This document shows positions 49,331-57,241 of a DNA stretch of 64,000 nt, one piece after another. The DNA lies in the NCBI GenBank assembly GCA_037139515.1, contig JBAXGH010000003.1, positions 12,800-76,799 of the forward strand. Direction: 5' to 3'. The notes beneath the pieces were generated by a model, which was not told the origin of the DNA, did no database searches, and saw only the letters and a program-made list of their open reading frames with translations. Within the stretch, counting starts at the first letter, position 1. The number at the start of each line of letters is the position of its first letter. Made by a program: the position numbers and the translations under genes. The stretch is from a bacterium (GTDB lineage Bacteria > Patescibacteriota > Patescibacteriia > JBAXGH01).

Positions 49331-49906
49331 ATGCCGCGTTCATTCAAGCTTTACATGTTCCGTGAAAGTCAGGTGGGGGTCGAGCCATACCAATACTCGC
49401 TTTCACCCCATGGTTTCAACCTGGCACGCCAAATCGGCGGCCGCTACCTGAAGGATTGCGATTTCACCGATTTCATCATACCGGGGACGCTGCGTTGCAT
49501 GCAGACCCTAGGCGCCATGAGCGAAGGTGCCAAAGACTGGACAACGGGTTTGATTCGGCACGAACCCAAGCTCCTTAGCCGGAAGCACAAAGAGCTGAAG
49601 GAACTCATCAGCGAGATTGAGAGCGACAACCTCAATGTTCTCATGAGGTCGGAGCCGAAGCTTTTCAAGGCGTTCCAGACCGAACTCATCGTCACGCTCT
49701 GGAAGACACTGCGCGAGATGAAGATTGAGACCGATAGCAGAGTCTTGATGATTGTCCACGACGCGCAAGCCGAGAGCATCGTGGAGGCGCTCACGGAAAA
49801 GGTCATCGACCCGCTCAAGCACTGCGAGGGGTTGATGCTCAACATGAGCTACTCCTTCTGGCGAATCGACGCCACGAAGTTCCCAACAGAGTTTCGAAGC
49901 ACCTGA
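49331..49906 (+). CDS. Degenerate histidine-phosphatase-fold protein
   Basis: LYMFRES in place of RHG, LS..G...A..IG, RC.QT, VLMIVHD; GGAGG before ATG 49331. Confidence 0.6.
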   Translation: MPRSFKLYMFRESQVGVEPYQYSLSPHGFNLARQIGGRYLKDCDFTDFIIPGTLRCMQTLGAMSEGAKDWTTGLIRHEPKLLSRKHKELKELISEIESDNLNVLMRSEPKLFKAFQTELIVTLWKTLREMKIETDSRVLMIVHDAQAESIVEALTEKVIDPLKHCEGLMLNMSYSFWRIDATKFPTEFRST

Positions 49907-50024
49907 ACCAGCCCACCCCGCACGAAGCCCCCGGTCCAACTCGGATCTGGGGCTCTTTATTTACAAATAAAATATCCCGCCGAAGCACGAGGCCGCAGCG
50001 GGGAGAAGCACGGTCGAAGGAGCG

Positions 50025-50585
50025 CTACTGCACATTCATCTCCGCCGCATCGAAGAGTCGCGTAAAATAACTCGCGAATCTGCGGATGATGCGTTCAGCG
50101 TCGGAGCGCGAAATCGGATAGCCGGCGGGCGTGACTTCGACACCGAGAAGGGACTTCCAAAGCCAGTCAAAAGTCCCGTTTTTTCTTTCGATGTGAGCGC
50201 GCCAGGGATCCTCGACGGGCTCTGCCACGGAATCGTCCAGGATATCCCAGCCGACGCCGATCAGGTCGCACTCCGTCCCGATTGGCTTTCCACAGCCCAG
50301 GCTCACAAAAACACCGGTCGAGCCGTCTTCAGAATCGGGGTTCACCTCGCCATAGACGCAAATCTTGTATTCGCCCTTCCTGACTTCGTAAAGGACGGTT
50401 GAATGTAGCTCGAAGTCGGGTGTGAGCTTGGCGCAGGAAAATTCGTCAACAAGCCCAACCTGCTCGTTCGTGCCTGGCACTGCGCTATTTGCATAAGGTC
50501 CAATCCGCACACCCTCCGAGCGAAGAATTTCGAAGACCTTCTGGAGATTCTTTGAAACCCGGTCCCAGTCTTCACGGCCATTCAT
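50025..50585 (-). CDS. Hypothetical protein
   Basis: 186 aa, AGGAGGT SD, TTGACA upstream. Confidence 0.7.
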   Translation of the reverse strand: MNGREDWDRVSKNLQKVFEILRSEGVRIGPYANSAVPGTNEQVGLVDEFSCAKLTPDFELHSTVLYEVRKGEYKICVYGEVNPDSEDGSTGVFVSLGCGKPIGTECDLIGVGWDILDDSVAEPVEDPWRAHIERKNGTFDWLWKSLLGVEVTPAGYPISRSDAERIIRRFASYFTRLFDAAEMNVQ

Positions 50586-50740
50586 CGATACCTCCTTTGT
50601 CCACGAGAAAATTACGGTTTTTCCGGGGTTGTGTCAAATTAAGGACAGCGCACCTGACCGCCTTGACAAAATACTCCTTTTTGCATAGGTTGACCCAGTC
50701 CGCTGTTCGCTAGTTCACTGACAACGAAAGGAGTTTCCCC

Positions 50741-52363
50741 ATGCTCGAAGTCCTGCTCATTGCCCAGATTCTCACGCTCACAACCGACGATGTGCTCCCC
50801 GAAGTCATCGACCTCTTCACGAGTGGTCGCAAAATCCAACAGCATGGCGTCACCCGAATGATGGGCTATGCGAAAAGCAATGAGTCCCGTGGCGTCGCAG
50901 CGAAAAACAGCGATGAGCTTCGCAAAGTCAACGGTGACTTTCGAATTCACGGCAATCTCTTTTGTGAACCAACAAAGGTCAAGCTCGGAAAATGCAAAGC
51001 CAACAGCTTCGGCTTCACTGGCTCCATTGAACCGCTGCGCTATCTGACGATGTCTGAGGAATCCTATCTGCGAGGAGATGTCGTCATCTGGTACTCGCTT
51101 TGGCATGACGAGGCTGCGCAACAAATCTATTTGGGGGTGTCGTTCGTTTTCACCGATGCTGTCCAGCCGGATCCGACATTCACTGGCCTCAAGACCGCCT
51201 ATGATTTGCTCCTCGACATCAAAACGATGGAACAGAGAGCTCATGTCGCCAATCTCATCCTGGAAATCATCTACGGCCACAATGATAAACAAACCATAGA
51301 CGATGCCTGGAGAGCTTTTGGTTCGCCCTTCAACGTCTTCAACGGCAGAACCATCAGGTTCACGGAGAAAAAAGGCGTTAGCCTTCTCGTCGCCCGCAAA
51401 AAGTACAAAAACCACGTCGATGAAATCCTGGACCAAGCTCCGGTTGCAATCGGCGGGTATTTCGGAAGATTCTTGCCGGGTGAAAGTCACGCCTTTGTCG
51501 GCTATGAAAGCCCGGAAGAGCTTCTAGCCGATTTAGAAAACAATCCTTCCGACGGAGGCACAGCTGAGCTTCTGATTGCCCTTGACCACGATGACGCGCG
51601 CCGATCGATCATCATCACGGTACACGAAAACAATTCTTCACAGGACACGCTCGAAGCGGCTTCGCATAGAGATTCGCTGCCGCTCGTCGCCTATATTCGC
51701 CTGCCGATGACAAATGAACGTGAAGGCGCGATTGCTCAGGACGTGGTTTCGACGCTGATTGAAGGCCCCAAGCTGAATGATGGGCCAGCGCTTAGAACTG
51801 TTCTGTACAACACTTCTCCGATTCAAATCGGTAGCGTGGACGGACAGGAAGAGACATCTGTGCTTAGCTGGATTGCAAGCCTCGCTATCATACTCACGGT
51901 CATCATCGTGATTTGGCGCGATATCGCGAGGCGTACGAAAAAACCGCTCGCTCCGGTGAACGAAACCAAAAAGCTTCCGGAACCGGTCGACTCGGCCGCG
52001 GTTCAAGCAGCTGCACTCGCCGAACGCGAACGCAAGCTTGAAGAGCGACGACGCCGTCAGGAGGAAGAAGCTCAGGCGCTCGCGAACAAGAATTCGCCAC
52101 CCGCACCAGAGCCTCCGATTACGCTTGCGGATATCAAGCCGCTCCGCGATAGGCTCGTGAAATACCTTGAGGACCCTGATCTGTCTGAAGAGGCCCGCGA
52201 AACCTACGAATTCCAGCTCCGACGCGCGGACGAGGAAGACCGCCTCCCGCGCAAGAAGAAGTTCTTCGAGTATGCGGTGAGTCGGATGCCAGTTGAGGAA
52301 CCCGAGGCCGAGAACGACGATTCTGAACAAGGTCCTGATTCAAACCCCAGCCAAACGGCGTGA
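50741..52363 (+). CDS. Hypothetical membrane-anchored protein
   Basis: 540 aa, one TM (WIASLAIILTVIIVIW) followed by a charged coiled region; AAGGAG SD, TTGACA promoter, terminator downstream. Confidence 0.75.
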   Translation: MLEVLLIAQILTLTTDDVLPEVIDLFTSGRKIQQHGVTRMMGYAKSNESRGVAAKNSDELRKVNGDFRIHGNLFCEPTKVKLGKCKANSFGFTGSIEPLRYLTMSEESYLRGDVVIWYSLWHDEAAQQIYLGVSFVFTDAVQPDPTFTGLKTAYDLLLDIKTMEQRAHVANLILEIIYGHNDKQTIDDAWRAFGSPFNVFNGRTIRFTEKKGVSLLVARKKYKNHVDEILDQAPVAIGGYFGRFLPGESHAFVGYESPEELLADLENNPSDGGTAELLIALDHDDARRSIIITVHENNSSQDTLEAASHRDSLPLVAYIRLPMTNEREGAIAQDVVSTLIEGPKLNDGPALRTVLYNTSPIQIGSVDGQEETSVLSWIASLAIILTVIIVIWRDIARRTKKPLAPVNETKKLPEPVDSAAVQAAALAERERKLEERRRRQEEEAQALANKNSPPAPEPPITLADIKPLRDRLVKYLEDPDLSEEARETYEFQLRRADEEDRLPRKKKFFEYAVSRMPVEEPEAENDDSEQGPDSNPSQTA

Positions 52364-52404
52364 CCGTACGGCTGGTTTTTTATTAAACGAAGATGCGCAA
52401 TGAT

Positions 52405-53232
52405 TTATTTTCGCGTATTAAGTTTTTTGTTTTCTGACTGTTTTAAAAAATTATGTGCAGTGACGATGGATCTGCCGAGTCGAGCTTCAAGCTTTTTGCG
52501 CGCACCGCCGGCAATTTCGCCGCCAACCAGCGCATCATCTTTGAGCTTTGATACGCCTTTTGAATCCTCGACGCGATGAATTTCGGTCGTGGCGCGCTCT
52601 CCGAGCATATTAAAAATCAGCTCTAAATCATTCATGTGATCCCGCAGGCTTTCGCGTTTCAAACCTTTCAAATCCTTATATTCGCTTGGTGTGACGCCGA
52701 AAGTCGCTTTTGAAATCTCAGCCGTCAGAATCTCAAAGTCGCGATCTTCCTCCGCGCCACGGTTCTTCCATTCATCAGTCAGTTCTTCACGAATCGCGAT
52801 ACCGCGGAGGCGCTTTTCAATCCAACCCTCGCTATATCCTTTGAGTTGATACAAAGCACGGGTGCGCTTGGTAGCCAGTTCCGGATCCTCGATTTCCTGG
52901 ACGCGTTCATAGCCGACTTTAGCGAGCCAACGTTTGAAAGGCTCGGCTTTCGGGGAGTGAATGGATTGAATAAGACGGAAGACACTTTCGGTATTGGCAC
53001 AATTTATTTTTTGCGCGCCCCCGACGGTTTGAATATCAAGGGGGGTGGCAATTTGCCCCCACCCTTTAGAAAGTTCCGGATCACGCCGTCGCATGTCTTT
53101 CAGATATCCCTCGGGTTGAACCGAGTCTGTCAGCGCCGCCACAATATCAACGATCACAAACCACCATTCGTTTTGATGAATAGTTTTTCTGATTTCTTTG
53201 CCCTTGAAAAGTGATATTTTGATGTGTTGCAT
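52405..53232 (-). CDS. BRO-N domain (antirepressor-like) protein
   Basis: LF.G.EIR, WWF.IVD, RLIQSI.SPKAEPFKRWLA. Confidence 0.85.
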   Translation of the reverse strand: MQHIKISLFKGKEIRKTIHQNEWWFVIVDIVAALTDSVQPEGYLKDMRRRDPELSKGWGQIATPLDIQTVGGAQKINCANTESVFRLIQSIHSPKAEPFKRWLAKVGYERVQEIEDPELATKRTRALYQLKGYSEGWIEKRLRGIAIREELTDEWKNRGAEEDRDFEILTAEISKATFGVTPSEYKDLKGLKRESLRDHMNDLELIFNMLGERATTEIHRVEDSKGVSKLKDDALVGGEIAGGARKKLEARLGRSIVTAHNFLKQSENKKLNTRK

Positions 53233-53357
53233 ATATTTGTTTGAAAAAACACAAATAAGAGCTGGAAAATATTTTCCACCCCCTCAACACGAAGATAATT
53301 ATATCGCTGTCTATTTTTGATGCAAAGAAATACTGTGGATATACACTCTACCTCTTA

Positions 53358-53490
53358 GCTGTCACCCCGAGCCCTCCTATGCTGTCATCCTGGACCTCGC
53401 CGTCGTCATCCCGAAGCCCCCCCGCTGTCATCATGGGTCTCCCCGTCGTTACCCCGAGCCCCCTGCTGTCATCCCGAAGCCGAGGGATCT
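53358..53490 (+). repeat. Degenerate tandem array (6 units of ~20-23 nt) ending in a GTCATCCCG REP-like element
   Basis: Units begin GCTGTCA, GTCGTCA or GTCGTTA; the last is GCTGTCATCCCGAAGCCGAGGGATCT. Confidence 0.8.
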
Positions 53491-53500
53491 TGAAATGTGG

Positions 53501-53761
53501 TTATAGTTGTAGCAGTTCCGGCAAACACTCCCCTTTTTTGTTGTTTATTGCGATAAGATAGAGGTCCTCAACTTTGGCGCGAGCCCACGGCGTTTTGCGC
53601 AAAAACACGAGACTCGATTTGATGCTCGGGTTCGTGGTGAAACACTTGATTTTGATTTTTCTACCCAGCTCTTCAAAGCCAAAATGCTCCACGAGATATT
53701 CGAGGATCATGAGCAGGGTTTTGCCGTGTAACGGGTCTTTTTGAGTAGAAATCGGGTTCAT
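53501..53761 (-). CDS. VF530/DUF2132 family DNA-binding protein
   Basis: DPLHG.TL, CF..NPSIKSSL.FLRKTPWAR.KVE.LY. Confidence 0.9.
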   Translation of the reverse strand: MNPISTQKDPLHGKTLLMILEYLVEHFGFEELGRKIKIKCFTTNPSIKSSLVFLRKTPWARAKVEDLYLIAINNKKGECLPELLQL

Positions 53762-53876
53762 GGGGAGACTATATCATGAGCAGTGTGGATCACGAAAGCG
53801 CCCCAATCATGGCATTGACTAATACCAATAATTGCGCTAATCTCCGCCATGGATTCACAAACAAAGGAGTTCCGCC

Positions 53877-54698
53877 ATGCAGAGAACGCAAGCACTTGAA
53901 CAACTCAAGGAGTTCCGGGATTACACAATCGCTGACGATATAAGGCAGTGGATTCGACAGATAGAAGAAAGACCCGCTGACGCTGCACGTTACGCTCCGG
54001 AATTCTGGCCCAGGTTTAGCGCCACCATGAAGAAGCTGATGTACGCAAGCAGCTTCATCACCATCGCTCTTCTAATCATCGCCGGCCTTGTGAAGTCACC
54101 AGCCGACATAGAAGCTATGCTGCGTCATGGATTCTCCGGAGTCGTCATCGTCTCTATGTGGTACGCACTTCACACGATTCTTACACGTGCGACAAAGAAG
54201 AATCGGGAAGACGCCCGACGGAAATCGCAAGCGCGGATCGAAAGCAACCCGGCGTACGTCCGGGCCAAGCGGATGCTTCTCGCGATTGCTGAGTTTGAAA
54301 GACAGCGCGAACAATTCCTGATGTTTTCCGAAGTCAGAGAAATGGGACTCGCGAGGCAGAGCGATGAGCTGTACGAGCGCACGGCCGACAGACTCAACCG
54401 TTTTCTTGGCTCACTCAACCGCATGAGCAGGATGATGAGCTACTCAAGCCTAGAGCGACTCTACGAGCTGTACGAAAATCGCCAAAACGCAAAGCTCGAC
54501 GGTTCGGATGCTGAGGGCCGTGAAGCGATGCGCCTCATCATGGCGGAAGGCAAGAAGGGTTCAGAGCTGCCGCTCCTCGAGTTCGAGGATCTGGAGAGGA
54601 TTCTGGAGGATGAAGATATCTTCCGCGAGATTGAGGCCGACAGTCTGGAAAACAGGATTGCGGCTCTCAAACAGCCGCCGGAAGAGAATAAAGATTGA
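53877..54698 (+). CDS. Hypothetical two-TM protein
   Basis: 273 aa, two TM helices followed by a helical region; AAGGAG SD; terminator at ~54720-54756. Confidence 0.72.
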   Translation: MQRTQALEQLKEFRDYTIADDIRQWIRQIEERPADAARYAPEFWPRFSATMKKLMYASSFITIALLIIAGLVKSPADIEAMLRHGFSGVVIVSMWYALHTILTRATKKNREDARRKSQARIESNPAYVRAKRMLLAIAEFERQREQFLMFSEVREMGLARQSDELYERTADRLNRFLGSLNRMSRMMSYSSLERLYELYENRQNAKLDGSDAEGREAMRLIMAEGKKGSELPLLEFEDLERILEDEDIFREIEADSLENRIAALKQPPEENKD

Positions 54699-54769
54699 TG
54701 TAGCTCGTGACAAGATACGAATCGCCCGCGGCGCTTGGCCCCGGGCGATGTTTTTTATCTGGTTTTTCT

Positions 54770-55642
54770 TTAGACGCCAATTTTCCAAACATTCTTTTCA
54801 AGGAATGCCTCGATGGTTTGTCTTTTAGCTTTATTGATCAAACTTGAATGTGAGATTCCGCTCATCTTTGCGTGTTCGGCGAGTGTCATAATTTTTTTTC
54901 CTTCTAAATACGCTAACCGTTTATGGTAGCTACTCGTGAGCGCCTTCCCCACCATTTCTTCCATAATAACGGTCGCGCCTTTCGTATCAAATTCTCTGAA
55001 CGCTTCGTAATATTTGCTCCTATCAATAAACTTGATATTCACGGGCACAAAACCTTCACGAATCAATAAATAGTTATTCAGCACCCGACCTATTCGACCA
55101 TTTCCGTCAACAAACGGATGCGTATACTCAAAAGTCAGATGCAGCCTGGCGATACGTTTAATGATGCTTTCGTGGCTCGAAGCCCCGTATTCGATCAGCA
55201 TTTTTTGGAGACGCTCAGTAATTTCTTTCGGATTTGGAGCAATATGACTTCCGACACGTACAAACTCATCATCTTTTCTGAATCTTCCGGCAACATCATC
55301 GCGAATATTCGAAATCAGCATTTTGTGCAAAAAAAGCATCACATCGAGCGTCAACTCCTGTTCTTTAGCCCGAACATCTATATACGAAACAACGCGCGCC
55401 AGATTCTTGGCTTCAAAAATCTCACGTTCAGTGATGTATCTATCCAAGTCGACTTGAAGAAGAATCTTTTCAGTTTCTTCAAGCGTCAGTGTACTATTCT
55501 CGATGGCATTTGAGTTATAGACCTGCTCCGCCACCTCGGCTTCAGAAATAAGCTTAATCAAAGCATCTTTTCCTTGAGCTGCTTTATAGTATCTTTCGCG
55601 CAAAGAATTGATTTTACCAAATACATTGAGTGTTTTAGCCAT
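54770..55642 (-). CDS. Fic family protein (N-terminal inhibitory motif) with a C-terminal HTH-like region
   Basis: Catalytic motif HPFVDGNGRIGR; inhibitory motif SNAIEN; C-terminal TLAEHAKMSGISHSSL. Confidence 0.9.
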   Translation of the reverse strand: MAKTLNVFGKINSLRERYYKAAQGKDALIKLISEAEVAEQVYNSNAIENSTLTLEETEKILLQVDLDRYITEREIFEAKNLARVVSYIDVRAKEQELTLDVMLFLHKMLISNIRDDVAGRFRKDDEFVRVGSHIAPNPKEITERLQKMLIEYGASSHESIIKRIARLHLTFEYTHPFVDGNGRIGRVLNNYLLIREGFVPVNIKFIDRSKYYEAFREFDTKGATVIMEEMVGKALTSSYHKRLAYLEGKKIMTLAEHAKMSGISHSSLINKAKRQTIEAFLEKNVWKIGV

Positions 55643-55731
55643 ATACCAGGATTATACACGATTTTCACGGTTTTGTCCACATAAACGTGAAAAGCATGGT
55701 TTTTAAGCCATGTTTTCACGGTTATGATGAT

Positions 55732-55778
55732 CGTTGTCATCCCTGCCATCACGTTGTCATCCCGAAGCCGAGGGATCC
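55732..55778 (+). repeat. GTCATCCCG REP-like element preceded by one degenerate unit
   Basis: CGTTGTCATCCCTGCCATCA followed by CGTTGTCATCCCGAAGCCGAGGGATCC. Confidence 0.75.
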
Positions 55779-55785
55779 AGTCACT

Positions 55786-56256
55786 TTAGTTATCAAAAGT
55801 AAACCCAAAGCCTCCCCCGCGAAGAAAAATAATGAATTCCTTTATCAACTCCACAGAGATTCCCCTGTTTGCCGAAACGAATCCACCTTCAGTCATTCCT
55901 TCGACGAGCAATATCGGCATTTTGGTTTTGGCCGAGCTTTCAATATCACCAGGCAATTCGATAAGCATTCGTTCCAGAGCATCAGCCCAGTTTTTGGCGT
56001 CGTCAGCAAAGATGCTCTTTGTATATTTATAGTCTATCGGATCGTAATCATTTTCATATCTGCCGACTCTCGCCCACTCATCCCACGAACTTCTCCCCGG
56101 AAGAGTTCCGGCTGATTTCCAACCATTCTCCCGCCCCAGCCTCAAAAGCTCGTTCCAGACATTATAGTGACAATCGAAACAACGCCTATGTGATTTTATC
56201 GGAGTCTCTCTTGGATTCTGAACAGTTTCATCCCACGTTTCTACGATAAATGCCAT
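55786..56256 (-). CDS. Hypothetical protein
   Basis: 156 aa; TAAAAT 7 nt upstream of ATG. Confidence 0.7.
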   Translation of the reverse strand: MAFIVETWDETVQNPRETPIKSHRRCFDCHYNVWNELLRLGRENGWKSAGTLPGRSSWDEWARVGRYENDYDPIDYKYTKSIFADDAKNWADALERMLIELPGDIESSAKTKMPILLVEGMTEGGFVSANRGISVELIKEFIIFLRGGGFGFTFDN

Positions 56257-56340
56257 ATATTTGATTTTACGCGATTATTAAGACCAATGTTCTTCCACGG
56301 GAAGATGTTTAGCCGACCCGTTCGACGTTTGGAGGAACGC

Positions 56341-56554
56341 AAAAAGTGGCCAAGAGATTTGACCCGATGGCACATGAATGCCCCGGATGAAATCTCCCAA
56401 CCACTTAAGTGATCAGTCTCGGTCTCATTTATGGTTTCCAGCAGATTTCCCTGGTTGCCTACCCACGAGCCTGCGTTTATGGCGCAAAGCTGTGGGAATG
56501 AGTCGAGGTTCGCATGACTTTATGCGCGAACTACATCTCTTTTTTACTTCTTAC
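56341..56554 (-). ncRNA. Candidate structured ncRNA, family not recognised
   Basis: Upstream TTGCCA-17-TATACT; 5' hairpin, three-way junction, long terminal stem with four G.U pairs and a U-run; no ORF of meaningful length on this strand. Confidence 0.55.
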
Positions 56555-56560
56555 TTGGAG

Positions 56561-56589
56561 AGTATACGGGGGAATTGGGGGCTTGGCAA
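56561..56589 (-). promoter_or_regulatory. Sigma70 promoter for the candidate ncRNA
   Basis: TTGCCA-17 nt-TATACT. Confidence 0.7.
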
Positions 56590-56660
56590 ATCATTTGCCA
56601 TAACATAATCATGAATTTGACAGATTCTTATCCGGCGACAATGCCTCGCATCCATAAATA

Positions 56661-57017
56661 TCAACGAGTGCGCCGATACGGCTTCAGTCCATCAATTTGT
56701 TGTTGAAGCCGAAGCTCGGTTTCAGCTTGACTTTTTCTTACCTGCGTCATTTCTTCGAAATACTTCGACCATGTATCGTTCACTTCATTAGTAGATCGCG
56801 TGTGAAAGAAGATAACCTCAACCGCAACTGTAACCAGGATTAGAAACGCTGCAAACAATACCGCGTAAACTACGTTTCGATTTTCGCCCTGTTGCTCTTT
56901 AATATCTACCCTAATGGCTGTAACTTCTATTGCGAGAGACTTAAGTGCTGCCTCGGTGAGAGGAATTGTCGGTGGTGTGTTTGAGGGCAAGTTCGGATCA
57001 GAGGTACTTGTAATCAT
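56661..57017 (-). CDS. Single-TM hypothetical protein
   Basis: 118 aa, TM VVYAVLFAAFLILVTVAVEVIFF; start overlaps the upstream stop. Confidence 0.7.
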   Translation of the reverse strand: MITSTSDPNLPSNTPPTIPLTEAALKSLAIEVTAIRVDIKEQQGENRNVVYAVLFAAFLILVTVAVEVIFFHTRSTNEVNDTWSKYFEEMTQVRKSQAETELRLQQQIDGLKPYRRTR

Positions 57018-57241
57018 ACGCCTGATTGATAAAAGCCTTTTATAACCAAAACGCTCCCCTGATCCTCTCCTGCGATATCAAGATTTTTATATTCCTGAAA
57101 ATTGACACCGCCGAGAGCAACGCCGGAGCCAAAAGAGACTCCGGGGCCGACTATAACCCCGTTCACATTAATCGCCCGTAGAGGCGTAAGCGTCCCATCA
57201 GGATTCTCCTTAAAAACAGAAAAGAATCTGTATCTCGTCAT
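57014..57241 (-). CDS. Small Gly-rich hypothetical protein
   Basis: 75 aa; start overlaps the methyltransferase stop (ATGA). Confidence 0.65.
   Translation of the reverse strand: MTRYRFFSVFKENPDGTLTPLRAINVNGVIVGPGVSFGSGVALGGVNFQEYKNLDIAGEDQGSVLVIKGFYQSGV

Noticed and set aside
53358-53490. CRISPR array
   Set aside because: Units are only ~21 nt in total, with degenerate heads and similar tails. There is no constant repeat with unique spacers and no cas gene in the window.
46413-54760. Integron cassette array or prophage
   Set aside because: Genes lie in mixed orientations with their own promoters. I saw no recurring attC sites and no integrase or phage structural genes.
56341-56554. c-di-GMP riboswitch, SRP RNA, 6S RNA or tRNA identity for the candidate ncRNA
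   Set aside because: Only incidental short matches (GGCAA, GCAAAGC). The diagnostic motifs and architectures are missing, so it is left unassigned.
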